Source: Mustelus asterias
Lineage: Eukaryota
DNA length: 64,000 nucleotides
Reading direction: 5' to 3'
NCBI RefSeq assembly: GCF_964213995.1
Contig: NC_135804.1
Location: forward strand, 59,954,001 to 60,018,000
Numbering within the stretch: position 1 is the first letter of the stretch; every line of letters starts with the position of its first letter. A program made the translations under genes and the position numbers. Below are positions 37,951 to 49,939 of this stretch, piece after piece. A model generated the notes under the pieces. It was not told where the DNA came from. It did not search any database and saw only the letters and a list, made by a program, of their open reading frames with translations.

Positions 37951-38400
37951 GAAAAGATTGTGCAGTGGATTTAATAAAGCCCACAAAAACTGCAAGAAAG
38001 ATGAAGAGGAGATGACAGCTTATGCTCAGGTCGGTCTGAGAAGTAAAGAATGGAAGTATGAATACCTGCGAAGAGCCAATAATAATGTAATAGTTAAGTA
38101 CTCAACATTGCTGTGACTTTGACTGTGTCGCATCGACGGTGTTTGTATATTTTTCTGATGAACCTGGCATGAACAGCAAAATGATAAAACGACCAATCAA
38201 TGATAACTTTGAACATTTTTTCAGATAAAGCAAGAAACAACCCAGAAAGGGTAACACATGCGGCTCTAGAATTGTCTGAATTTGAGACAAGGTGACAATT
38301 AGAAAGAACTAAAGAAGCGAACAATATGCCGAGCTACAGATGAAAACCCAAAGTGAGCAAAAAAGACGTACAGAGAAGCAGCAACCAAATGGAGTCACAA
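37951..38400 (+). pseudogene. Relic cytoplasmic exon(s) of an inhibitory immune receptor (ITSM/ITIM motifs)
   Basis: After the acceptor at 37950: KRLCSGFNKAHKNCKKDEEEMTAYAQVGLRSKEWKYEYLRRANNNVIVKYSTLL* (TxYxxV, VxYxxL). After a second acceptor at 38224: ERVTHAALEL and, in a shifted frame, EQYAELQM. Confidence 0.55.
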
Positions 38401-38699
38401 TCTTGGGTGCAGAAATCAGTTATTTTTGTATATCTATGCTGCCTCTATATTAATTTCACTGAAATTGAAATCGGGCGGGTTGTGTAAAAGCAGAGGCACC
38501 GATGTGACAGTTTACTGCCTCAGCAGCAAAGGCGTAAATGATCTGCATTCACGTGTATAATCGGTATTTACAATCATTGATATGTAACATCGTAGTATAT
38601 GAAACAAGCACTTTGGATTTTTAATTATTTGGGGATTATTAGTCAGTAATATAAATACATGTCATGAGAAAGCACTTTCAAAGTTTATTCTGTATTATT

Positions 38700-38955
38700 A
38701 GAATCATAGAATCCCTACAGTGCAGAATAAGGCCATTTGCCTATCGAGGCTGCACCTGCAACAATGCCACCCTGGTCCCACTCCCGTAACCCCACTATTC
38801 ATCCTGTTCATCTCACTGACACAAAGGGCTATTTTAAACATGGCTAATCCATCTATGCTGTATATCTTCAGACTATGGGAGGAAACCAGAACACCCAGGT
38901 GAAACCCACACAGACACGGAAGAACGTCCAAACTCGACATAGTGACCTGAGGCCA
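38700..38955 (-). mobile_element. Degraded HE1/V-SINE
   Basis: Reverse of the SINE tail (catagaatccctacagtgcag) and core. Confidence 0.75.
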
Positions 38956-38974
38956 GAGGTTGCCAGAATTACAA

Positions 38975-40095
38975 CAGAAAGGTATAGAGATAAAATGGTT
39001 GTATCAGACTGCATACATGGATGAAGAATGTGAGTGTATGCCAGAATGTTGTTACCTTAAAAATGAATTCTTAATGAAGAAAAATAAATCTTTGCATATT
39101 CAGATGGATTAAAATGGGTAGAGGTTCAACAAGTGGTATTACCGGTTATTTATAGAAAGGAGGTGTTGCGGATAGCACATGAAGTACCAGGCGGTAAGGA
39201 AAACTCAGGCTGAAATACAAAGTCATTTTTATTGGCCTGCACTGCAAAAAAATGTGGTTGCATATTACCGGTCATGTCACATATGTCAGGTGATAGGGAA
39301 ACTTCAAGTGGTGATAAAAGCAGCACCATTAATACCCATTCCAGTATTTGAGGAATATTAAACAAGACTCTTAGTTGATTGCATAGGACACCTCCCTAAA
39401 ACGAAACGTGTGAATCAATATCTACTGGCCATAATGGATGTGAGTACCAGATTTACAGAGGCCACTCCATTACATAACATTACAGGTTAGAGGATTGCAT
39501 GATTGTTTTTCAATGGATATGGCCTACCCACAGAAATACAATCAGATCAAAGATCAAATTTTACGTTGAAGTTATTCAAGGAGGATATGGTTAGCTTAGG
39601 AGTTAAAATCAACTGTGTACCATTCAGAAATGCAGGGAAAATTAGGATGATGGCATCAAACTGTAAGGACAATGCTGAGAGCGTATCGTCAAGGTTATCT
39701 GGAGGATTGGGGTAAAGGAATACAACGTGTTCTTTTTGAAATTAGGGATGAAGCTAACGAATCATCAAAATTCAGTTCATTTGACTTGATTTTTGGTCCT
39801 GAGGTAAGAGAACATGTTAAATTGAGTAAGGAGAACTTGGTGAATCAGCTTGCTGTAGCCACATTGTTGGATCATATGTCAAATTTTAGGGAAGGATTGA
39901 ATAGAGCAGGTGAGTTGGCTAGAGAACATTTAAAAGTAGCACAGCATGTGATGAAATGGGAAGTGGATAAGAAATCAGAAATTCGGAGTTCTGCTAGTGG
40001 GGATTAAGCCTTAGTATTACTATCAATGATAGGTGAACCATTAAAATAAAGGTTTAGTGAGCCTTGCAAATTGAAATGAAATTGAGTGAGGCAAA
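38975..40095 (+). mobile_element. Gypsy (Gmr1-like) integrase relic
   Basis: VLRIAHE..VRKT..FYWP..CHICQ (HHCC zinc finger), VDCIGHLPKT, IMDVSTRF, GLPTEIQSDQRSNF. Many stops and frameshifts. Confidence 0.85.
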
Positions 40096-40991
40096 TTATT
40101 TCGGTCTGAAATGCAGCAGCCAAAAATCTCAATCAATCATGTAAAACAGGTGAAGGTGGGGGAAGGAGAACCATTTTCTGGACAATAATGTGAATAAAGA
40201 AAGTGAGCAGGTGCGGAGACAGATACAAGACAACTTGACTGTTTTGGAACCTGTTCCTGAGTTATTCAAATTACCTGAACATAAATTGCAGGATTGTCAA
40301 AAACAGCTCATCATCTTTGTGAAGTACAATATAAATGAATCAATACTCATGTGTGTTGTAGGGAAAAATCCCTTGTACCAGTGCATTCAAGGAAGTCGAG
40401 TCGCAAGGCAACGTTCAATGCGTTTTTCTTTATTGTACAATTACTGGGATCCCAAAGAGACCCCCATAGCCAGCTTAGAAACAGTGGCTTGGCCACGTTG
40501 ATCTCAACAGTTACACATTTGCTCTGAATATTTATAGGAATCCAAATTCGAGCTGGAACATTTGCTCATACATTTTTACAATACCTAAAAAGTGGCCTAT
40601 CTGGTCAGGAAGTTCCCTGGTAGACATTGTCAATTTGCATCTGTATGGTGTGTGTCCGTGTTAATGGGACTGCCTGTTCTTGCCCCGGTGTTTTAATGTG
40701 TTTCCCATTATCCTCTCGATGTGTCCCCTTATCTAAATCGACCTCTGATGTTTTGTGTCTGTATTCTATGCTTGCGAGATTAGGTGTTAATGTCATTTTG
40801 TCCTGCTGTGTGTAGGGGGATTTAATCTAATCTTTTATTCTTTTTATCCTGGTTTATTAAGTTTCTTTGCCTGCCTTGGCCATTTTATTCCCATAATATT
40901 TTATTTACAGTACAGTATTCCATATATCCCACTCCCAGGTCTTGACTCGCAGATATCCCGATCTTCTGGCCAAGGGCCGGTTTAAAATGCA

Positions 40992-41208
40992 GCTTCGTGC
41001 TGTTGCTGGGCGGAATAAGGATCTTTTGTCGGCTTTGAAATTAAAGGTCTCTCAGCTGTGCAGAGCTTCGTGCTGTTGCTGGGCAGAATAAGGATCTTCC
41101 ATCAAACTTGAATTAAAGGTCTCTCAGCTGTGCAGAGCTTCGTGCTGTTGCTGGGCAGAATAAGGATCTTCCATCAAACTTGAATTAAAGGTTTCTCAGC
41201 TGTGCAGA
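40992..41208. repeat. Tandem repeat, ~72-bp unit x3, probably within the 3' region of an LTR element (~40390-41370, minus)
   Basis: gcttcgtgctgttgctgggc(a/g)gaataaggatctt...aattaaagg..tctcagctgtgcaga occurs three times. A purine tract on the minus strand lies at ~40925-40937. Confidence 0.85.
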
Positions 41209-42146
41209 GGGGGATTTAAACGAATGTCCATTCGGGTGTTCCCCTCTGCATTGTGGGCACGTTATGAATGGTGCCAATCAGTCCAATAAATGAATATGTT
41301 TAATGAGACGAATATTGATGAGATAATAAAAATATGGCTTTGGAAAATGGCCTACTTCATGTGTAATCTTGAAATGGAAATTTAGGAGCAGAAGTATGCA
41401 CTACTGCAGCTGAAAGGAAAAGACGATGATGTGAAATTAAATTGTTTGCTGAAACTGTGCCATCATTCGAAGTGAGCTGTTGGAATAATGATTCTGTAGA
41501 ATTTGCACAGATGCCCATACCCAATGAAACAATACAGTGCACATCTGCTGTTCCAATGAATTACAGTGGTTCTCGCAGCAGCCTACCTGCCACAGTGACT
41601 TCTGGAAGCATGCTTGCAATGGGTTCTGAGTCAAAGAAAGATAATCTGCTGGAGCCATTGCCAAAGAGTGTACAGAAAGTGATGGTGAAAATTCAAAGCA
41701 AACAAAGGCGTTGAACTGCCTGACAGAGGAAGAGCTAAGGCCAATTGACAGAAAAGGGGACAGAGATAAATTCACATTTCTGAATGGCTCTGAATACACA
41801 CATGTAAAGTTGTATCCTCCTGATCCTGCCTAGCATTGCCAGAACTAATTTATCATTGGAGTGACAAATTTGAGCTTGAACTTGGAATCAAAACAGGATT
41901 TAGGACTGAAGGAGTCTTCTGGAGATGATCAAGAAAGCAGCTTGTTGAGAAAAGGAAGAAGGAGGAATATTTGATAGTGGAAGTCAAAAACGGAAATGGA
42001 CAATAATACTGTTTTGCTTATATGTTTTGATTTTATAAAATCTGTGTATATCTATTGGAGAGTACTCGTAGCGTGAAACTCAAATGATTTGAAAAATGAA
42101 GCCAGCTTTGAACATTGATGATTCATTTTTTCCTTAAGGGAGGACA

Positions 42147-42931
42147 TGTGACAATACTGCGCCTTGACGAAATCGATTTTAATCATGTTTCTCCGCTGGT
42201 TTTTCAAACAGGTGCTAGCATTTTATTGGCACCCAGATGTCTATAACTGGTGTCCTCTAATTGTTACTGAAGCAATATAATGGACATCATGCTGATTATA
42301 ATCTGGATTAATGCAGTGTTCTGTGGTATAATAGTCTGTTGGGCAATGCCCAGTGGGGCTTGATTTGAGATTGATTGACTGTTTATGTCATGTGGTTCGG
42401 GATAGCTATGCTTCACAGAAAAGTTCAATTTTACTTTCATTACTCGGTTGCTGTTAGAAACTAGTTGAAGAAGGCAGTGTCTCTGTCTCTATCTCTCTCT
42501 CTAGAGTGTGCTGAAAGTTCCAGAACTGGGAAGCGTCAGAAATTTACTCCAACATTCAACTGACAATTCACAGCAGGTTTAAAAAGCTGAAGACCCAGCA
42601 TCACGTGAGCATGCTTGCGTTTTGTGCCAAATCTAGAAAAGGGTGTATGACTATGGGATTGTGTTTAACTTGGCACAATATAGACAGCTAGCTATTAAAA
42701 TTATACTGTATCATGTTTGACATTTGTAATTGATAGAAGTTAGATGAATTATTTTATTATATTTTAACTGTGTACTTAAGTAAACTTTGTTTGACAAAAG
42801 CTTCCTGCTGGGTCACGTGAATCATGCCTGGAGTGATACACCTTATGCTCACCCATGCCAAATACAAATGCAAAACTTAGGATCTAGGCTTTCTTCATAA
42901 AACACCTTGGTTTCTGGCCTGGGTCCCAACA
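42147..42931 (+). mobile_element. 3' LTR of the Gmr1-like Gypsy element
   Basis: Purine tract aagggaggaca followed by TGTGACAAT. Ends near ...gggtcccaac, similar to the reverse complement of 11866-11895. Confidence 0.55.
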
Positions 42932-44365
42932 CCGGATCGGATTAAAGAATATTCCAACCATCTATGAAAATGAAGGCATTGCTCAAAGCCATACTGGATC
43001 CCATGGCAAAACTTTTTATCTGGATGATGTGGATGGAATTAATATATAAGTCATTATGTGTATGAATAAGTTGAAACAAGTGGTGCAGGGTAGTGTTAGA
43101 TGGGGACTGGTTGGACCATCTATCAAGGGAGCAACGAAACCCCTCAGACGCTCATGTTGGAATATGTATAGAGAAATTGATCACCGATTATGAATAAGTA
43201 GTTGACGTTTCGATCAAGCGGCTGAATATCAGTGACTTCTAGATATTCCAACAAGTAAGCAATTCGAAATTTCAAGCAGCTTAAGCAAGAAGGAATGCCC
43301 CTGAATTAGAGTCTTTCAGCGTGTCAAATCTAAGCAACATGAAGTTGCACGTACTCCCTGTGTTTAGTAGCACAGATAAGCACGTTTTATTTGTCGGGAA
43401 CACTGAAGAGGAGTTATAAATGACAACAATGTCAGATTAAATTCATCTACAGCTCCAAAAGTAGAAGTCTAGCATGGTCCATTGACTCTAGATGGAGAGA
43501 GGCGTAATAAAAATAAATGGGGAAGGCGAGAATTAAAGCGACAAAATTACGAAAAATATTACAATATTTTTACTTTGATGCCATTGTTTGCAGTGTAGAT
43601 AGATAAAATCCCAGTTTTTGGCTCATCCGAGCGATAACATGTTAGAAGCACAGATAATTTGCCGGCCGTTTATCTGGAATATCTGGTATCATGTAAACCA
43701 TTCGCTGGGGTTTGTCGCTTTCCGGTTTCAGCTATACATAGATTATGCTAAATATTGACAAGGCGAATTGTCTATTCGAACTTGGCATTGGGAGTATTTC
43801 ACTCCGTCTTCTCGAAATGCCAGCAGGTCGTTTCGAAATGTAACAGCATTGCAACACACTGGACCCAATTTTACCATTTTCATTCTAAGTGCCGAATCTG
43901 GGCGTAGTACAGATCTGACTTAGAAATCCGCTTTCAGGCGCTCTCAGCCATCTCCAGTCCGATGCACACCGTGGGCGGGGCTTAGTGCTGCCGGAATGAT
44001 CGGAGCTCTGAATCGCGCATGCGCAGTTTGAAAAAAACAACGAAAAAGCGCGCCCGTTACATCACTGCCAGACCAGATAATCCCGCACAAGGCCCCATCC
44101 CACTTACACTCTGATGGCTGTGTGACACCTCCCCTCTCTCTCCCCTGTCGCTAATCATTGAGGCACTCACCCACCACCACTGCCCCCCCCCCCCACACAC
44201 CCCCCCCCCACACCCCCCCCTCTCCCCAGCCACACACCTGCAAGTGCTCACCTGTCTTCCCCTCAATGCTAACAATCAAACTGCATGGAACTTTCTGGAA
44301 TGCTCTGTCAAACTGCCTGCAGCTGATCTGCCCTAACGAAGGGCAACTCCATAAGAAACTCCAGA

Positions 44366-46997
44366 ATGGACAGGCAGGCAGTACAGGACAATGTGCGCAC
44401 GATCAGCCCCCCGATTTTCTGATGACGACTTGGGAGGCTGCTGGATGCAGCAGAGGCGAGGCGGGCCACCCTCCTACTCCCAGGAGGACGCAGACCCAGG
44501 GGGGCTGATGGCCATGCGGCCTGGGAGGCAGTCGCCGCCTCGGTCAGTGCCAGGGCACTGGCCCCCCGAACCGCGAGGCAGTGCCGGAAAAAAATCAGTG
44601 ACCTCATCCGTGCAGCAAGGGTGAGTGCTGAACCCCATTCAGCATGCTCCCCCATATCCCCCACAGATCCTCCCATGGGAGGATGCCATGCCAGGGCGGC
44701 ACGGTAGCACAGTGGTTAGCACTGCTGCTTCACAGCTCCAGGGTCCCGGGTTCGATTCCCGGCTCGGGTCACTGTCTGTGTGGAGTTTGCACATTCTCCT
44801 CGTGTCTGCGTGGGTTTCCTCCGGGTGCTCCGGTTTCCTCCCACAGTTCAAAGATGTGCGGGTTAGGTTGATTGGCCAGGTTAAAAAAAAATTGCCCCTG
44901 AGATGCGTAGGTTAGAGGGATTAGCGGGTCAAAATATGTGGGGGTAGGGCCTGGTGGGATTGTGGTCGGTGCAGACTCGATGGGCCGAATGGCCTCCTTC
45001 TGCACTGTAGGGATTCTATGATTCCCAGCACCCTGCATGGTTCCAGCTCCTGACCCCCAAGCACCTCCGTCCTTTCCCCCCCAATGAGCCTCACTGTGTT
45101 TGCCCTCTAAGGGTCACCACCTGATTCTCTGCATGAGTCACGCCACCATTTATTTCATGGTTCCATCTGTCTCCACAGAGGAAGACTGAGCACAACACTC
45201 GTGAGAGGTCGAAGACTGGGGGTGGTGAGCCAGACCTCCAGGTCCTCACCCTATTCGAGGAGCGGACGCTGGAGCTCACCAGAGAAGGGGAGAAGCGGGC
45301 TGTCAGCGACAGCATGGTCGGTCTGCCATCCAGACGTGAGCACCTGTCATTCCTACACTCATGTTGAGGCAACGTCTTGGGGGCACGGGTTTCAGGTGCA
45401 AGGGGCAAGGTGTAAAGGAGATGTATGAGGCATTTTCTTTGCATTAGACGATAGTGGGTGCCTGGAACTCACTGCCCGGGGAGGTCGTGGATGCGGAAAC
45501 TATAGGGACATTTAAGGGGCATGTCTAAAGCTATCTGAATGGGATGGGAACAGAGGTATATGGGGGCAAACAAATCAGATGGGCAGCCTGGTCGCTACAG
45601 GGTTGGATGTCCGAAGAGCCTGTCCCTGAGATGTAATTGCCTGGGTTCAGTGTTCTATGTTCAAGGGAGCCATGTGATTCATGTGTTTGGCATCCCAGAT
45701 TCCTCTCCCTCCTTTGCACTTAACCTTGTGTCCTGTGTTTCAGGGACAGATCCTGATGCCCCAGGGCCTTCTGGACAGCAGGACCCGGCTACAGCTCCCA
45801 TCCATCATGAGAATGATAGCTCGGCCGAGTCCCCGGAGGATATGGGTGAAGGGACCTCCGAGGGTGGCACCATTTATCCGCCAGCTTTTACCTCACAACT
45901 CACCATTACAGAAACAGATACGTCGGTGGGTCCAGTTAGTGTTGAGACTTCTGAGTCACTCTCTGGTGAGCACGACACATCTGCTGATGAGGCCTCTGGC
46001 ATGCGGGGGCTTGCTGGAGGCAAGGACTCAGCTGGCCCCAGGCTCCATGCTGGGCCTCTGAGATCACTTCTCCCTCAGCTGCTGGCAATACAGCAACAGA
46101 GCCAGGGAATGCAGGAGGGGCTGACGGCCACACTGGACCAACTGCGAGGCTGCTGGGAGGAGTCCCAAAGCTTTCAGGCGGACCAGCTATTGTCTGTCAT
46201 GCATGCTTCCAATGGCAACACTGCAAGGGTGGCGTCTGCAGTGGAAAGCCTGGGGCAGGGGATCCTCAGCATGGGTGGCAGGCTCCAAGCAATGGCCGAG
46301 TCACAGCAGGCCACAGTGGAGGGACTGAGCAGACTTCAAGATTCTGCGGCCCATGGCTGAGAGGCTCGAGAGCTTGCAGGAGACCCAGAGGGATAGCACT
46401 GAGACATAGCGGGAAATGGCAGCAACCCTTGAGAAGGTGGCCCGCTCTCAGAGGGCCACGGCTGAGGGCTTGCAGAGCATGGCCCATTCTCAGAGGGCAC
46501 TTGCTGCAGCCATTGAGAGATGGCCCATGACTCAAGTGGCCATCGCGGAGGGGTCGACCACCATGGGTAGGACGCAGGTGGTCCACCAGGACTGGCAGTG
46601 CCAGGTGACACCGGAGCTTCTGGAGCTCATTGCAGAAGAACTAGTGTCCCATGGAGTGACCCAGGGGCTGAAAGGGACCCCAAGGGAGCAGGAAGGGCAC
46701 GAGCCCATGCCGGGGCCTTCCAACCATGAGACTGTGGCTATGGTAACACCTTCTGACTTCCCCCTTCCTGACACTGGGGTATCTCAGGGGCAGCGGGATG
46801 AAGAGGGTGTCATGGAAACATCCCAGGCACCTGGAAGCAGGCCAGAGCCCTCAAGGTCCAGGGCCTCCAGAGGACGCCCGCCATGTGCATCACAAGACAC
46901 GGGGTGAGGTAGGCAACTGGCCCCTCCACCTCCGATGTACATTCTGGGGAGTCACTGAGGCGTAATGCGAGGCAGCGTAAGGTTAGGAAGTTGTAGT
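44366..46997 (+). pseudogene. Harbinger Myb/SANT-like DNA-binding protein gene, 3 exons (~44366-44620, 45179-45335, 45744-46997), frameshifted
   Basis: APRFSDDDL/RLLDAAEARR...AAWEAVAASVSA...RTARQCRKKISDLIRAAR|gtgagt, then cag|RKTEHNTRERSKTGGGEPD, then a long low-complexity/coiled exon 3 ending RQRKVRKL*. AATAAA at ~47115. Confidence 0.82.
44694..45022 (+). mobile_element. Full-length HE1/V-SINE in intron 1 of the Myb-like gene
   Basis: Nearly identical to 21455-21787, with A and B boxes intact. Confidence 0.9.
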
Positions 46998-47601
46998 TGC
47001 ACTGAGATGGCACGGGTGAAGGGCTGCACTAGTTAGAAAGAACTGTAAGCACCTTAATGTTTTCTTGTCACAAGTATTTAAGTTTCACCAGCTTATCTGA
47101 ACACCTTTATTGTAAATAAATGTTTTTTCTCCACAACCACCTGTGAATAGGTTGTCACGAATAGGATTCCTGCCCCATTGACGATCACCCGATGGATGCC
47201 TCATGGTGATATCAGTTGGGCTGGCCCCTCAATGCGGTGTCACTGAGAAAAGGAAGCCATTGGTCTCTCATACCCCACGAGCGATGACCTCCCTTCCCCC
47301 AATCCACCCGCCCCAGAGCCCTGTATGGGGGTTTTGGATCCCTTACTCACTAGACAGGCGTGGGCCCAGGTGCCAGCGTGCATGTGGATCTCAGGCAGCA
47401 GTCAGACTGGTTTGTACCAGGGCATCATCAGAATGGTGCTTAGCGAGTCGTCATCACCCTCCTGCCTGGAAAAAATATCGCGAGCACAGAGTACCCAGGC
47501 CCACCATTCTGGTGTGACAATGAGCAGGATAAATGGAAGGCACTATTCGGGGGTGGGGGGCCGGGGGGGGGGGGTGGAATGGAACCCACAATCACCATCC
47601 C

Positions 47602-48873
47602 CTAGCGACTGAACCGCCTGGTTATCAGAGCCTCCCTGGCCACCCTCGCATGCCTCAGCTGAGATGCCAGCCCTGCATCACCTGGCAGGTGTTCCAAGGT
47701 GCTCTCAGCCTCCTCTTCCCCCTCTTCCCCTTCCTCCTCCTGCTGGTCATCCTCTCCAGTAATGGCTGGCTGGTCATTCTCCATGTCCTCTTCCTCCTCC
47801 AAGAGGTCACCTCGCTGCAGAGCCAGATTGGTCAAGGCACAGCACACCACCACTGTGCAGGAGGAGATCAGGGGGCTGTACTCGAGGGCCCCTCCGGGTC
47901 GGTCCAGGCACCGGAATCGCATCTTGAGGAGCCCAATGCACCTCTCTACTGTCACGTGGGTGGCTACATGCGCCTCATTATAGCGGGTCTCTGCCTCAGT
48001 CACAGGCCTCCGCACAGGCGTCATCAGCCATGTCCAAAGCGGGTAACCCATATCACCCAGGAGCCACCCCCGCAGCCTGGGCTCCTCCTCAAATGCTTGC
48101 GGGATGTCCGACCTCCTTATAATGAAGCTGTTATGCACGCTGCCTGGATATCTGGTGCAGACGTGCATGATGGTCATATTGTGATCACACAATTTTGTAC
48201 ATTCAGGGAGTGGAACCCCTTCCTATTAACAAATTGTCGTGGATTCTGTAGGGAGGCCCTGAGGGCGACATGGGTGCAGTCGACCGCCCCCTGCACATTC
48301 GGCATCCCCGCAATTAACCCCACAGCCCGGGCTTCCTGATGGGCCTGATCCAGGTTGAATTTGATGGACTGCCCAGCCCGGGCATACAGGGCTTCAGTGC
48401 TCTGCTTGACACAGGTGTGGACTGAAGACTGGGAGATGCCACAGACATCTCCACTCGGGCTCTGGAAGGCGCCAGTTGCATAGAAGTTCAGAGCAGCCAT
48501 CAATCTGACAGCCACTGAGAGTGGGTGCTCCCCCCCTCCCCCTGCCCCTAGGCACCAGGTCCTGCAACAGTTTGCACAGGTGTCGCATGGTATCCTTTCG
48601 CAGTCGGAGACATCGGCGGCATACGGTGTCCGACATCTCCTCGAAGGACACTCGTGCACGGAACTGCCGGGGTCTCTGCTCCCTCCTTCTCCGAAGCTCC
48701 CGCTCCGGGTGAATGACGGCCACCTCCTGCCTCTGATGGTCGTCTCCCTCCGGTCCTGCAAGTGGTACGGCCTGGGCCTCCTGGGCCCGCAGTTCTTCCT
48801 CCATGTCCTCCTCTTCGGCTCCAGCAGCAACCAGAAGAACAGCAAGATCGATTGGTTGCATTGCAAAAGACAT
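47602..48873 (-). pseudogene. Harbinger (HARBI1-like) DDE transposase with two frameshifts
   Basis: ALNFYATGAFQ, GISQSSV, GAVDCTHV, FVNRKGFHSLNVQ, YPGSVHNS, LLGDMGYP, VERCIGLLKMRFRCL. Frame changes near 48530 and 48185. Confidence 0.92.
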
Positions 48874-48987
48874 CTTGTCACTCTGAAAGGCGGGGGGGGC
48901 GGGGGGGAGGGGGAGGTGGATTGGGGGGAGGTGGAGATGAACAAGTGTTGGAGTCATGAAATTCTGCTTGCCCCAGCACACCGACAA

Positions 48988-49199
48988 TCACAGCCCCCCC
49001 CCCATGCCCCCCAATCCCCCCAGCCACATACTCCACACAGTCACAGCCCCCCATGCCCCCCAATCCCTCCAGCCACATGCTCCACACAGTCACAGCCCCC
49101 CCATGCCCCCCAATCCCTCCAGCCACATGCCCCACACAGTCACAGCCCCCCCATGCCCCCCACTCCCCCCAGCCACATGCCCCACACAGTCACAGCCCC
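48988..49199. repeat. C-rich ~50-bp tandem repeat x4 (G-rich on the transposase sense strand)
   Basis: cacagccccc..catgccccccaatccc.ccagccacatg..ccacacagt repeated. Confidence 0.9.
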
Positions 49200-49939
49200 T
49201 GGTAACGTTGGGAGGCAACAGCAGTGCTATCTGCAAGGGCTTTGTGCACATCCTTCAGTCTGAAGTGAGCTGTGGTGCTGGAACCCAGCAGCACTGCAGG
49301 ACCCCAGGTCAGTGCTGAGACCTGTGTCCGTGCTGCCAGACAAACATCGGAGATTGTGCACAGCAACAGCCCCCCCTCCCCGCCCCCCCCCCCCCCCCCC
49401 CCCCAGCCGCCACCGACCGGAGACAGCAAAATGGCCGCAACAACAGGACACCCGTGAGTAGCGGAGAGCTTTCGGACACCATGCACCTACCTCCACGCCA
49501 ACCCTCACTGAGGAAGCGCCTGATTCAGACTTTTATTCAGCAGGTCCCTAAAAGTGCGGTTCCGGACTGGTAAACGCGGTGGTAAAGGGGGAAATGCTGA
49601 TTACGTTGGACGGGCAGTTCATTAATTCAATTTAAATGCATGCAAATACATTTAAATCATCGTTGCGCCCGATTTGGGCGCGGAACGGTTCCCCGCCATT
49701 CGCGGGTCTTGGTAAAGTGGCGATCTGCGTGAGCGTGGGTGCAGATCGCGGTAAAGGCCTCACACCCGACTTTACCACGATTTCGCGCCCAAAAACGGGT
49801 GCAAATTGTTGGTAAAATCGGGCCCACTGTGGCATATCAAGTGTTCAATAGCAATAGTTATTTTACAACGCGTATTTTGCTGTATAATTATAGGGGAACA
49901 CAAATATCACGTTCAATGGATGTTTCATTTCACACAAGT

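Larger units (their letters stand above)
43861..49825. mobile_element. Near-complete PIF/Harbinger DNA transposon
   Basis: TIRs GGACCCAATTTTACCA (43861-43876) and TGGTAAAATCGGGCCC (49810-49825), 14/16 match. 3-bp TSD ACT on both sides. Contains convergent Myb-like and transposase genes. Confidence 0.92.

Noticed and set aside
40992-41208. CRISPR-like array
   Set aside because: Head-to-tail tandem units without unique spacers, eukaryotic context, and no cas genes.
47602-48873. Domesticated host HARBI1 gene (and NAIF1 for the Myb-like ORF)
   Set aside because: Both ORFs are frameshifted and enclosed by TIRs and a TSD, so this is a transposon copy.
47533-49263. Long + strand ORFs (268 aa and 227 aa)
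   Set aside because: They are antisense shadows of the GC-rich transposase and the tandem repeat.
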